A stretch of 64,000 nucleotides of DNA from a virus: IMG/VR virus record IMGVR_UViG_3300025897_000009; one strand, 5' to 3'. The notes below the pieces were generated by a model that had not been told where the DNA came from, made no database searches, and saw only the letters and a program-made list of their open reading frames with translations. Position 1 is the first letter of the stretch; each line of letters begins with the position of its first letter. The position numbers were made by a program, and so were the translations under genes. This document shows, piece by piece, positions 18,658 through 28,269 of this stretch.

Positions 18658-20529
18658 TTATGTGGAGTATGATGTCACGGATGAATATCCGACACCAGCA
18701 CTCGATTCACCACTTGCGATGGTGTCTGCTTCACCTGTCACTGTTATCAAACCTTGTTTAATATCAATGAGTTGTCCTCGAGTCGCAGTTACATCATAAC
18801 TGTTTGGGACGATGGTGAAGTAAATTGATTTATCAGTGTTAGATGTACCTGTTACAATGATTCCGTTGATGGTAATTTTTCCTGTGGTGTAATCAATCGT
18901 TCCTGCTGTAGGATCGGAATACACACGTGTAGAACCAGAGAAGTAATATCTTCTCAAATTACCAGCACCATCATCATCAAAGTAATAAGTTGTTACACTA
19001 TCACCTGATATTTTAAATCCTGTAGAAACCAAAATTCCTCCTGTCGTACTTGCATGTCCACTGTGCGGATGATAGAGTGCATTACCAAAGTTGAGAGTGT
19101 ATCCCAACGAAGTATTGAGGGTTGGTTTCAATGTTTTTCTCAGTTTAACTGTTGTGACATTTGATAAGATACTTGGATCCGTGGCATCAATGTCTTTCGA
19201 CAAGTTAGATGATCGGAACACCGCATCAAATCCATTAAGATTGTTGGTATCAAATGTTGTAATAGTAGAGGTCACTAGAGATTCTAGTTCTCCCTTGGAA
19301 ACTGTTGCTGTTCTTGGATTGTATTTAAAGGTAGATTTAATTAATATATCTATTACTTCCGCATCTACAATCACAGGTCGAACAGTGAGCATGTTCAAGT
19401 CACGCAAACGAGACTTGATCACATCTTTTTCATTTTCACTTAAATAATCTGAATTAATAGGTTTAATGGTTAAAAAGATTTTGCCATACTCTGGTGGATC
19501 ATTATCTTCTCCACCCCATATTGCTATCGCATCTGCGTTAGGATAAAACTCAGTGACCTTTGCTTTATAGTCATTGAGAGTCACCAAACGATTTTGCGAT
19601 GAATAAAACTTGGATGCTTTAAATTTAATTGACTCAATGCTTTCGTTCTCTGCACCACCATAAGCAGTGGTCACATTGGTCACGATTGCATTAGAGAATC
19701 CATTGATCGCATCAATCAATGAAAATACTTTAGCACCATTGGCATGAACTGTATCCACAACAATGTAAGTTGCTGTAATCACATCTCCGTCTTTAGGAGA
19801 TAATCCAATGGTGTTGTCACCAAAATATATTTCGGTGAATCCTTCATCATTTTCTTGCGTAAAGAATACTGTTGAAGTTGTGGTAATACTGGAAAGATCC
19901 CCTGCTTTCGTCCAACCTGTGGTCACACTGTCGCTGTTCACAGACAGTGAGATAGAACCTGCATCCACTCTTTCGTTGCTGAGTTTAAATTTAGGATTTG
20001 AAAGTTGACTATCGTACACATAAGTATCCGTGACATATGTACCTTGTTTTAAAGGGATGCTGCTGTATGTATAGGTGGAACCATTTTGTGTAGGAGTGAC
20101 CGATGAAGTCACCACAAAGTTATAAGTAGAACTGTCAAACACAGTAGAGAATCGAGATCCTCGTACCAGAGTCATCTCACTCAAGGATGGATAAGAACCA
20201 TCGGCACTGCGGACATTCAGCAGTTGCATCTCAAACTGTGAGGATGCACCTGAATATGAAGTCGGCACATATCCTAACTCTTTGGCTCTACTGATCACAT
20301 TCTTTCTCAACTGTGCAGTTTCTAAAAATAATTCAGATGCTGCCAAGTTGGTATTAAATGCTGAGATGTGTGAGTTATATGCTAAGAGATCGATCAGGAT
20401 ACTCAGTGTAGAACCTTCAAAGTCATAGTCTTTCAGTGTGCTTTGACCTTTGAGGAACTCTTTCAGATTATCTGATATATTCTCGAAGTCAGTTTCTGTT
20501 ACATTGAGGGATGAACTGTTGATCGCCAT
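18658..20529 (-). CDS. gp6: baseplate wedge subunit gp6
   Basis: DFENISDNLKEFL...DYDFEGSTLSILIDLLAYN...ELFLETAQLRKNVISRAKELGY; QNRLVTLNDY; WGGED. Confidence 0.93.
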   Translation of the reverse strand: MAINSSSLNVTETDFENISDNLKEFLKGQSTLKDYDFEGSTLSILIDLLAYNSHISAFNTNLAASELFLETAQLRKNVISRAKELGYVPTSYSGASSQFEMQLLNVRSADGSYPSLSEMTLVRGSRFSTVFDSSTYNFVVTSSVTPTQNGSTYTYSSIPLKQGTYVTDTYVYDSQLSNPKFKLSNERVDAGSISLSVNSDSVTTGWTKAGDLSSITTTSTVFFTQENDEGFTEIYFGDNTIGLSPKDGDVITATYIVVDTVHANGAKVFSLIDAINGFSNAIVTNVTTAYGGAENESIESIKFKASKFYSSQNRLVTLNDYKAKVTEFYPNADAIAIWGGEDNDPPEYGKIFLTIKPINSDYLSENEKDVIKSRLRDLNMLTVRPVIVDAEVIDILIKSTFKYNPRTATVSKGELESLVTSTITTFDTNNLNGFDAVFRSSNLSKDIDATDPSILSNVTTVKLRKTLKPTLNTSLGYTLNFGNALYHPHSGHASTTGGILVSTGFKISGDSVTTYYFDDDGAGNLRRYYFSGSTRVYSDPTAGTIDYTTGKITINGIIVTGTSNTDKSIYFTIVPNSYDVTATRGQLIDIKQGLITVTGEADTIASGESSAGVGYSSVTSYST

Positions 20530-20537
20530 GTTATTTC

Positions 20538-20960
20538 CTATCTGATTCTATTGAGTATTATATCCAACTGTTGGGGTCTTGGATCATTTGTTATATCATA
20601 ATATATTGACACTGCCAATTCGTTGCTGTCTAGGGTGTCTTCACTCGCAACAATTTTTATATTATCAATACGAGGTTCAAAGTTGCGGAGCAGTTTCTTA
20701 ATGCGTAGTTCGATTTCATCTATCAGATCCTCCCCTGTTAACTCAAATAAGAGTCCTCGGATGTTCGCTCCGATTCCAGGTTTAAAGGGTCTTTCAAAGT
20801 TGTCTGTCAACACAAGGTTCTTGACTGCTCGTCGAATGGCATCAGAGTCACTCTTAAGATTCACGTCTCGAGTCACTGGGTTCGCACCAAATTTAAGATC
20901 TAGATCGGTAAAGTATTTCTTCGCGACATTCTTACCTTTGTTTACTATTTCAGTTGCCAT
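20538..20960 (-). CDS. gp25: baseplate wedge subunit gp25
   Basis: DLDLKF..NPVTRDV...AIRRAVKNLVLT...ERPF.P.IG...LLFE...FEPRI. Confidence 0.92.
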   Translation of the reverse strand: MATEIVNKGKNVAKKYFTDLDLKFGANPVTRDVNLKSDSDAIRRAVKNLVLTDNFERPFKPGIGANIRGLLFELTGEDLIDEIELRIKKLLRNFEPRIDNIKIVASEDTLDSNELAVSIYYDITNDPRPQQLDIILNRIR

Positions 20961-20966
20961 ATCAGT

Positions 20967-20974
20967 TATTTATA
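20967..20974 (-). promoter_or_regulatory. T4-type late promoter TATAAATA for the gp25-gp6-gp7-gp8 operon
   Basis: exact T4 late consensus 6 nt before the gp25 ATG. Confidence 0.8.
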
Positions 20975-21018
20975 CAGTTTGTATGGATTTACTCAAGAGA
21001 TTATACATGAAAACCCAT

Positions 21019-22173
21019 CTATTTGGGTTTGGATACATCTTTACCATCACCCTGTTCAGTATGGACATGAGTTGACAGTTCTATCTCTTTACCTGTCACT
21101 TCACCCTGAGCAACTATATTTTTTGTTACTGTGACTTCCCCATCGATCGCGATCGTAGGAGCAGTCATGCTAATATCTTCGGTGGATGTAATGGTTGTTG
21201 AACCTCCGATCGTGGCGGAAACATTGCCTCCAACATGTATGCTGGCATCACCTGTTTGCACATTAATAGTGATATTACCAGACTCAACATGGAGTGTCGC
21301 ATTGCCACCAATATATACATTTTCATCTTTACAAATTACCTCATAATGATCATTGACATGACGATAAATACTATCCCCTGTGTTTGTGATCTCATTATAT
21401 GTACCACTGCGATGGAAATTCACAATGTGTTCCCTACCTACAGTGTCATCTATTTCAAAATAATGTCCTGATTCCGTCTCGAGTGTTTTATTAAATGGAT
21501 ATTTGGGTTTGATGGTATTGTCTGCTGGTAGTGTAAACCCAACTGTCTCTGGAAGTGTGGTTGCTTTATAGTCTGGTCGTATCGTGGTGTGAGACTTTTC
21601 ATTGACAGAGGTGATATCCCTGTATCTAGGATAATAAGGTAGATCATCCTGAGTCAGAGTCTTTTCCGTAATCGTAGATCCTGTGCCATCGGTGAGTATC
21701 TCGACTGACTCAGGTGTTTTCGGTGCATCCTCTAAGGATTGGGATAATCCCCAAGATCTTGTAGGATCTTGTACTGGAGCCACTCCATCTGGAGTGTCGA
21801 CATAATCTGCTGCTGTGAGTCGACGTGGATCATTAAATCCATCTTCGATGGTGGGAGTAATTAAATTGCCTTGTATATCTGCTCGCGATCCTGAGGAGGG
21901 AATACCCAATGTAGAACCTAACACAATAAAGTTCTGTCGGAGATCATCAATAAAACATCCGATCACTGTTGAACCTTCTACCAACCCATGGACTGTATGT
22001 CCTAATCCACTGAGGGATGCTTCGGTGTTCGGCATCATGACCTGACTCCAAGGTAAGTCGGGAGTTGCTATTTGTTGCTTATCATGAGTGTGTACTCCAT
22101 GCACACGCACACGCACTCTCCCTACTTTGAGAGGATCGTTGCGGTCTTCGACCATGCCATAATAAAATTCCAT
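21019..22173 (-). CDS. gp5: baseplate central spike gp5 (OB-fold + beta-helix, no lysozyme domain)
   Basis: GMVEDRNDPLKVGRVRVRVHGVH...DLPW; YPFNKTLETESGHYFEIDDT.GREHI..FHRSG; C-terminal THVH. Confidence 0.9.
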   Translation of the reverse strand: MEFYYGMVEDRNDPLKVGRVRVRVHGVHTHDKQQIATPDLPWSQVMMPNTEASLSGLGHTVHGLVEGSTVIGCFIDDLRQNFIVLGSTLGIPSSGSRADIQGNLITPTIEDGFNDPRRLTAADYVDTPDGVAPVQDPTRSWGLSQSLEDAPKTPESVEILTDGTGSTITEKTLTQDDLPYYPRYRDITSVNEKSHTTIRPDYKATTLPETVGFTLPADNTIKPKYPFNKTLETESGHYFEIDDTVGREHIVNFHRSGTYNEITNTGDSIYRHVNDHYEVICKDENVYIGGNATLHVESGNITINVQTGDASIHVGGNVSATIGGSTTITSTEDISMTAPTIAIDGEVTVTKNIVAQGEVTGKEIELSTHVHTEQGDGKDVSKPK

Positions 22174-22182
22174 CGTGCCTCC

Positions 22183-23634
22183 TTAATCAGATCTATACGC
22201 ATCCGACACTGCGATCTCTGCGTCTTCAATTTTTGCTGCAATAGATTCTTTCACACATTCTAGATGACAGAAAGACTCCTTGCTAGCAACTTTAAATTCA
22301 TATTTAATCCCTGTAATGAGAAACTTGCTGTCGTCAAAGGGATTCTCTATTTTATTATCATCCACTTGAGTCAGTGGAATCTCTGCATGTAGCATTAAAC
22401 CACATTGAATATCTGTCCTGCCTGGAATGGATATCCGAGTCATGTTCTGATGTAGCATTTTTTCTAGAGCATTGCGTTCAAAAGATTCTGAAGACCCATG
22501 ATTAAAGTCAATGTCTCGGAAAGTATCTGAGGATGCATAGTCTGCATTGACACCAAATTTATGATTCATGTCGATAGAATTTTTAAAATAGGCATCAAAA
22601 GATTTATGCAAATTGGTATCAAAATCCACTTCTCTATAATCAGGTGGAGTATCCTCATCCACGACCTCTCCTCCCTCAATGATCTTTTCAAATTCATCAT
22701 CGACTCTGAGTTGTACATATCCACTGTGATGACCTTTGGGATTGCGAGCATATACTTCGCTCAAGTCAAAGATGACCTCGCTGGATATTTGTGTGATCTG
22801 GTCATAAGAGTTCTTTCGACCTGCATATGCACCTGTCGCCATACCCTCAGCGACATCAAATCGCTTCGGTGTAGTGACTGCTAATATCTGTGAGTTCTTA
22901 CCTGACTCTTTATTTTCTAGAGTGCTTTCCTCTATTTTATTCTGTCTTGCGATATTATAAGTAAACTCAATCGGATATTCCTGTTGCATCATGGTGTCGA
23001 TAGAACAGAAACGAAATCCACCATTGACTGTCTGATAAAAGAAGAAAGGATTCGCCCAAGATGCCCCACTGTCCATGGTCAATGCCTCGGAAGTGAGTTT
23101 TGAGACTGTTTCATGTACTGTTAAATTAGGCACCACGACCTGTAGATTGTCAGGTTTACTCTCTTCGAATAAATCAAACTCTTCTTTGGATATATGTGCC
23201 TTGTCAATACATAGATTGGCAATGATGTCAGAGATAGAACCTCTGTAAGTGGTAGAGATCCTTGCCTTGCGTGTAAAGAACATACGAGGATCGACTAAAT
23301 GAATCAGATAAGTATACAGAGTGCTTGAGACCTTCTCTACCTGTGTGATCTTATAGATACGCAGGTTCTTATCAATGGTAAAAGTCTTGGCTGCTTCTTC
23401 GCCAGTGCCTTCGTACTGAGATATATTTAAATGAATATATTCCTGTCCAAAGAGTCGAAATCGTTCTAATATATTCAGACCATCAAAGACTCTCAGAGTT
23501 CCAGTGATAAAGGTCTCGAATATATTTTCATAGAGATCGATCTGACCCACTTGAGAAGCAATGTCCACCGTCTCACCCTCTGGATTCGCCAGAGTGATGC
23601 AATGTACTTGGAACTGCCCTCGTTGTGTGCTCAT
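22183..23634 (-). CDS. baseplate hub protein (gp27-like)
   Basis: IDLYENIF...ITGTLRVFDG.N......GQEY; FFFYQTVNGGFRF; ISIPGR...KFLITGIKY; between gp53 and gp5. Confidence 0.7.
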   Translation of the reverse strand: MSTQRGQFQVHCITLANPEGETVDIASQVGQIDLYENIFETFITGTLRVFDGLNILERFRLFGQEYIHLNISQYEGTGEEAAKTFTIDKNLRIYKITQVEKVSSTLYTYLIHLVDPRMFFTRKARISTTYRGSISDIIANLCIDKAHISKEEFDLFEESKPDNLQVVVPNLTVHETVSKLTSEALTMDSGASWANPFFFYQTVNGGFRFCSIDTMMQQEYPIEFTYNIARQNKIEESTLENKESGKNSQILAVTTPKRFDVAEGMATGAYAGRKNSYDQITQISSEVIFDLSEVYARNPKGHHSGYVQLRVDDEFEKIIEGGEVVDEDTPPDYREVDFDTNLHKSFDAYFKNSIDMNHKFGVNADYASSDTFRDIDFNHGSSESFERNALEKMLHQNMTRISIPGRTDIQCGLMLHAEIPLTQVDDNKIENPFDDSKFLITGIKYEFKVASKESFCHLECVKESIAAKIEDAEIAVSDAYRSD

Positions 23635-23865
23635 TTATAAACTAAGGGATTCGGGAGTGATTTGTACTGGAGACCAGACATATGCAATGTTGCGTCGATC
23701 CAGTTCTACGATGCATTTTCTGCGTTGCTTGGGTTTGCATCGTTCTTCGCCATTAATATACTTTAACAACATCTCAGTGGTTTCTTGTTTCATATAATAA
23801 TGAGTTGTTTTAAATGATCCGTCTTTTTGTCGAACGATATCACTCTTTTTAAATTTCATGGGCAT
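23635..23865 (-). CDS. conserved hypothetical protein
   Basis: 76-aa basic ORF tightly packed in the operon. Confidence 0.65.
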   Translation of the reverse strand: MPMKFKKSDIVRQKDGSFKTTHYYMKQETTEMLLKYINGEERCKPKQRRKCIVELDRRNIAYVWSPVQITPESLSL

Positions 23866-23876
23866 AATATATTTTC

Positions 23877-24602
23877 CTATATTGATATAATTGATTCAAA
23901 TTCTCTGACAACCTGTCGTACGAAACGAGGTTCGATCACTTTAATTTGTCTTTTCATCTCATTCTCTTCGCGTTCATGCTCAATGTTTGAGACTGGAGTG
24001 TTGGTTGCGTTATCCGTGTTAGAGAGTGCACCAGAAGTCTCCGCATAGTGATGTACTGCATCGCGATGCTCAGAGGTGGATTGCAAGGTAAATGACTTTC
24101 CAGAAGTATTGCCTGTGATGGTATTGCCAGCGACACATCTATTTAGATCATCATAGATGACAACAATGCGTTTCAGAGTGGCATTGACTTCACAAATCGT
24201 GCCTTTTGCTCCATTGGATGAGGTAATACCCTCACCGACTGCAAACTTAGAAGTTGCAGACACAATATCGGTTGTATTCGTCGCATTCAGCACGAATCCA
24301 GGATACTTTGTGGTCATAAATGCATCAAAAATGGATGTATCTCGATACCAGTCATTCACGGATCCTAAGAAGTCATTGACTAAAAAGAATGTCCAATATA
24401 AATCTCCATCCCCATACAGTCGACTCGCGACCACATCGGGACGATCTCCCTCTTGTATCTCATAGACCGTGTATTGAATAATAGAATCAATTTTATTCGT
24501 CTCAATCTTTGCTTTACGAAAGAAATCTTTGATGGTGGTAAAGTTACCATCTGCGAACTCATATTGAATGTCAGGGAAGTTTGCGAAATATTTATTTGCC
24601 AT
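23877..24602 (-). CDS. gp53: baseplate wedge subunit gp53 (LysM-like)
   Basis: YFANFPDIQY; YEIQEGDRPDVVASRLYGDGDLYWTFFLVN; ENEMKRQIKVI. Confidence 0.9.
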   Translation of the reverse strand: MANKYFANFPDIQYEFADGNFTTIKDFFRKAKIETNKIDSIIQYTVYEIQEGDRPDVVASRLYGDGDLYWTFFLVNDFLGSVNDWYRDTSIFDAFMTTKYPGFVLNATNTTDIVSATSKFAVGEGITSSNGAKGTICEVNATLKRIVVIYDDLNRCVAGNTITGNTSGKSFTLQSTSEHRDAVHHYAETSGALSNTDNATNTPVSNIEHEREENEMKRQIKVIEPRFVRQVVREFESIISI

Positions 24603-24615
24603 GGTGTTTCTTGCC

Positions 24616-25632
24616 TTATATTAGATCATTAATGTGATTGCCTATGCTTTTTGGATCCACTCCAACATATTCTTCATAGTTATTTCTTGAGAGGATCTTA
24701 GTTTCGGCAAAGTCTATGGTCAAATTAATCGCAGTTGGATATCCATCAGCAAAAGTAGAGAACTTTTGACCTCCTGCATAGTCTACAGCCATACTCGTAC
24801 AGACCATTCCAGGTAAATATCCTTCTATTCGATCTTTGATGCCTTTGCTGAAAGTCACATCCCACTGTGGGGGATAGATTAAAAAGAGATCATTCTCTGC
24901 AGTCTTAGGCAACATGCGTAATCGGAAAGCAGTGATGATTCTTTGCACCTCTTGTGCCTCTGCTTTGGATTTAGGTTTGAATTGCCAAGCGAAATTAAAG
25001 GTTCTAAAGGGTACATCTTTGAGGAAAGTCTCTCGTAATGGATTTGCTGCCTTCCCTGCGACCTTGTTGACGAGTTTACCTGCGTCTCCAAGGACTGCTT
25101 CCCCTGTCTGCCTTGCGAATCGTTCCGCAATATTCTTAATCAATCCTTCTCCTTGTACTCCAGTGAGGTTATCGGAACCATCTTCACCCTTTGCTCCTGT
25201 GGTCACTGCTGCTGCGATGGCACCCAGATCCGCAGTCTCATAAGTCACGGATGAATTATTGGAGAGTCCATCTGGAATATATAATTTAATTTTTAAATCA
25301 GGTAATAAATCGGTGTTTCTACCAGCCACATCGGTGGCACGGAAGATTAAATAATTGGGTAGAGTTTCTTCTAATGGATAGGTGAGGAAATCTGTTTGCG
25401 ACATCGGAGTTTGTTTCGCGAGTCGTGGAGTCAGTGTACCTGATTTAGACAATGATTTGATGGACTTGCGTCGCTTTTCTAAGTCAGACTTTGCCTTTTC
25501 TCTGAGTGCTCCGAGAGCATCGGTTGCTGAAGTGTAATTCTTACCTCTGATTGCTGCTGCGACTCCCTTCAGAGAGTTGATTGCTTCTTTAGCAGTAGAG
25601 ACCTTGTCTAGTATTTTATTGATTGATGCCAT
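24616..25632 (-). CDS. gp48: baseplate tail-tube cap gp48
   Basis: IKLYIP; NP...F....FRTFNFAWQFKPKSKAEAQEVQRII..FR..MLP; divergent from gp4. Confidence 0.85.
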   Translation of the reverse strand: MASINKILDKVSTAKEAINSLKGVAAAIRGKNYTSATDALGALREKAKSDLEKRRKSIKSLSKSGTLTPRLAKQTPMSQTDFLTYPLEETLPNYLIFRATDVAGRNTDLLPDLKIKLYIPDGLSNNSSVTYETADLGAIAAAVTTGAKGEDGSDNLTGVQGEGLIKNIAERFARQTGEAVLGDAGKLVNKVAGKAANPLRETFLKDVPFRTFNFAWQFKPKSKAEAQEVQRIITAFRLRMLPKTAENDLFLIYPPQWDVTFSKGIKDRIEGYLPGMVCTSMAVDYAGGQKFSTFADGYPTAINLTIDFAETKILSRNNYEEYVGVDPKSIGNHINDLI

Positions 25633-25642
25633 GCTATTCCTA

Positions 25643-25650
25643 TATAAATA
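25643..25650 (+). promoter_or_regulatory. late promoter TATAAATA for gp4
   Basis: exact consensus upstream of 25678. Confidence 0.8.
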
Positions 25651-25663
25651 GATTCGATACAGT

Positions 25664-25671
25664 TATTTATA
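25664..25671 (-). promoter_or_regulatory. late promoter TATAAATA for the gp48-gp53-gp27-gp5 operon
   Basis: exact consensus on the minus strand upstream of 25632. Confidence 0.8.
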
Positions 25672-25677
25672 CTCATT

Positions 25678-26115
25678 ATGGCATACAGTGGAAGATTTAG
25701 TCCAAAGAACCCCAAGAAATATCGTGGTGATCCTACCAAGATCTACTATCGATCACTCTGGGAAAGACGATTCATGGTCTACTGTGATAACAACGATGCC
25801 ATACTAGAGTGGGCATCGGAAGAGTTCTTTATTCCTTATAAGAGTCCTGTAGATAATAAACTCCATCGATACTTCCCTGACTTCTTTATTCGGTATCGAA
25901 AGAAAGATGGATCCATCGGCAACGACGTGATAGAGGTCAAACCCAAAGCACAGACGAAACCACCCAAACCTCGTTCGCGACGCACGAGAACTTATTTGCG
26001 TGAAGTGAGTAGATACCTCGTCAACGAGGCAAAGTTTAAAGCAGCAGAAGAGTTCTGCCTAGATCGAAAGTATGGATTTCGTATACTGACAGAAGATGAT
26101 CTGTTAGTAAAGTAG
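25678..26115 (+). CDS. gp4: head completion nuclease gp4 (TnsA-like)
   Basis: MAYSGRFSPKNPKKYRGDPTKIYYRSLWERRFM...WASEE...HRYFPDF...IEVKP...NEAKF.AA. Confidence 0.93.
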   Translation: MAYSGRFSPKNPKKYRGDPTKIYYRSLWERRFMVYCDNNDAILEWASEEFFIPYKSPVDNKLHRYFPDFFIRYRKKDGSIGNDVIEVKPKAQTKPPKPRSRRTRTYLREVSRYLVNEAKFKAAEEFCLDRKYGFRILTEDDLLVK

Positions 26116-27228
26116 ATTATTTAATTCAGCAAAGAAATCACTGAAAGGAATGCCAAAGGCAACTAAGACGATATCATAGGTTTCATGAAATAATATAAAT
26201 TTATTGCCTGCTCCTGATCCAAAGATCCATCCATTGATATTATAAAATCCATATCCATAATTCCATTTCATGCCTTCGCAAAGAGTATAGACCCAAACTG
26301 ATCCATCTTCTTGTTCTTGTGTGGGTGCATTGGGTGGAATGTAGCATGTATCGGGAGTATGTTGCGTTTCGAACATGGAATCACAGAGTTCTATCGGCAT
26401 GACTTGCGTTGCGTCCCATTGACAGGAGCGAGACCAGAAGTATCCATATCTTGCCAAGTCGGGCATGCTCATGAATATCCCTCCATATACAGTTGGATCA
26501 CCTTGCTCAGTTGTGGTGAGGTCTGCACTGCGAATCCCCAACAGATTGTGAATGTCCGTGACCCAGTCGCGAACATCGCAGTTGCACTCATTTTGCAAGG
26601 CAATCGTCTGTAATACGATATTTCCATTATTATAATACCAATGACCATAATCGCGATCAATGGTGGTTGTTTGTTTGATTAAACGAAAAGGATCATTCAT
26701 ATACCATTCCTCATTCAATCGTTTGAGAGATACGAATCCACTCTTCATTGCCATCAAATCACGAAGCGAACGAGTGTGTGCACTCCCCATTTCAATGTCA
26801 ATCCACCAATCGACATGGTTCTTGATCGGACTGTCCCACGATATCTTCGCTTCGTCCATGTAGTCGACATAGGATGTAATATAAATGCTCTTAGAGAGCG
26901 ATGCTGTGAGTTGAGATTCATCCCGATGGAAGTCATTATTATATCCTTCGGCAATTAAATATCCGTCTTTGATTAAAATAAAAGATCCTTGGGTGAATTT
27001 ATGACTCAGAGCGAGAACATGTTCTTCGGAAAGGGAGACATCTTTGGGTGTCGCTGTCTCCCAAGAAGAAGAGGGATATGTTTTATCTAGTCTCGTGGTG
27101 GGTGTGGATTGAGAGTTCCCAGTCAATGCTGAGTCTATAGTTGTGGCACTGCTGCTTGGCGTGCTCCCTCCCCCACTTCCACAGGACATAAGGAGTGAAA
27201 TCGATAAAACATATCCGATTCGGTTCAT
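26104..27228 (-). CDS. serine hydrolase of the class C beta-lactamase/PBP-like family, putative lipoprotein
   Basis: lipobox-like LLMSC after a short hydrophobic signal; SxxK (SLSK), YxN (YNN), LMAMKSG, DLARYG, YGYGF, GSGAG. Confidence 0.78.
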   Translation of the reverse strand: MNRIGYVLSISLLMSCGSGGGSTPSSSATTIDSALTGNSQSTPTTRLDKTYPSSSWETATPKDVSLSEEHVLALSHKFTQGSFILIKDGYLIAEGYNNDFHRDESQLTASLSKSIYITSYVDYMDEAKISWDSPIKNHVDWWIDIEMGSAHTRSLRDLMAMKSGFVSLKRLNEEWYMNDPFRLIKQTTTIDRDYGHWYYNNGNIVLQTIALQNECNCDVRDWVTDIHNLLGIRSADLTTTEQGDPTVYGGIFMSMPDLARYGYFWSRSCQWDATQVMPIELCDSMFETQHTPDTCYIPPNAPTQEQEDGSVWVYTLCEGMKWNYGYGFYNINGWIFGSGAGNKFILFHETYDIVLVAFGIPFSDFFAELNNLLY

Positions 27229-27229
27229 T

Positions 27230-27514
27230 TTAGAGTCTCGAGATCTTGCCTAAGATATCGTCGACTTGTGGATCATTTAAATGCCCAATCACATCATCGG
27301 TGATTGGAGTAGAATAACAAAGATCCCCATCTTGCAGTACTGCGACTTCCCAGAGTCCTTGCTTTCCACCATACGATCTAGCATGCTTGATCACACTCGC
27401 ACCATATCCATTCGGGAATGAATATTCCTGATAGATACCTTTGGCACGATGATCACTTCCATCCGAGACATGCTCAGACACGAAGTATGGTGAATTTTTT
27501 CCAAAATGTGACAT
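27230..27514 (-). CDS. conserved phage hypothetical protein
   Basis: FPNGYGASVI...SYGG..GLWEVAVL motif; AGGAG RBS. Confidence 0.75.
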   Translation of the reverse strand: MSHFGKNSPYFVSEHVSDGSDHRAKGIYQEYSFPNGYGASVIKHARSYGGKQGLWEVAVLQDGDLCYSTPITDDVIGHLNDPQVDDILGKISRL

Positions 27515-27608
27515 ATATTGTCTCCTTAAAAAAATATTAATATAAACAGAACAGTCAGAGTCAATCCTGTAAGACCAAACACCATCATGATGTCGTTGTT
27601 CGGTCCCA

Positions 27609-27827
27609 TCATGATCTATTCAACCACTTCTGTTCAACGATCAGTTCTCGTGCCTTCTTACGAGGTTGCACATTGTTCATTGCAATCTCGAAGTTAGACT
27701 CCGACAACTCCATGATGACCTCGCGATCACTCATGCGTTTCACCATTCTCTCAATGGTCGCGAGGACCGATTGAGTCACATTAGTCATTTGTACTTCCAT
27801 CTTAATGAAACCTCCTTTTAACACCAT
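27609..27827 (-). CDS. hypothetical protein (likely true start 27800)
   Basis: ORF track; AGGAGG upstream of the ATG at 27800. Confidence 0.55.
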   Translation of the reverse strand: MVLKGGFIKMEVQMTNVTQSVLATIERMVKRMSDREVIMELSESNFEIAMNNVQPRKKARELIVEQKWLNRS

Positions 27828-28053
27828 TCACAACTAAGAAATCAACCTCGACTTCACCGATGATTGAAATCTCACCTCTAGCACGAACCATACGATTCAT
27901 CAGAGTCCAAGACTCATTCAACTTGTCACTCTTATCAAGTGCTAGTTGCATTTCCTTGCCATTCAAAGGCAACTCAACTTCTTGCCCAGTGGCAAGATGC
28001 GTTCCGATTATTCCATTTTTCATATTCACTCCTGAATTTAATTTATTTTCCAT
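27802..28053 (-). CDS. hypothetical protein (start 28053 or 28023)
   Basis: directly downstream of an early promoter; AGGAG before the ATG at 28023. Confidence 0.65.
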   Translation of the reverse strand: MENKLNSGVNMKNGIIGTHLATGQEVELPLNGKEMQLALDKSDKLNESWTLMNRMVRARGEISIIGEVEVDFLVVNGVKRRFH

Positions 28054-28060
28054 TATAATA

Positions 28061-28090
28061 ATGATACTAAAAAACGATGAGTGTCGTAAA
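28061..28090 (-). promoter_or_regulatory. phage early promoter TTTACG-N18-TATCAT
   Basis: copy of the repeated TTTACGACAC...TAnnAT motif. Confidence 0.75.
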
Positions 28091-28095
28091 GCATT

Positions 28096-28269
28096 TTAGA
28101 CAATATATTCGTTTATTTTTTGAAAGGTTCGACGTGACTTGGAGAACTGTTTCATGGGTTTTTTAAACTTCTTGTCGTTATACTGTACCAACTCACCCTT
28201 TTCATTCAGATGATATTGCCCATTCTTAAACTCCCAGTCTGTTGTTTCCTGATATACTGTGATCACCAT
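28096..28269 (-). CDS. small hypothetical protein, 57 aa (not in ORF track)
   Basis: MVITVYQETTDWEFKNGQYHLNEKGELVQYNDKKFKKPMKQFSKSRRTFQKINEYIV; TAATG coupling to the upstream gene. Confidence 0.65.
   Translation of the reverse strand: MVITVYQETTDWEFKNGQYHLNEKGELVQYNDKKFKKPMKQFSKSRRTFQKINEYIV

Noticed and set aside
6200-20008. Numerous plus-strand ORFs antisense to structural genes
   Set aside because: Expected antisense shadows of long, codon-biased genes; no independent signals.
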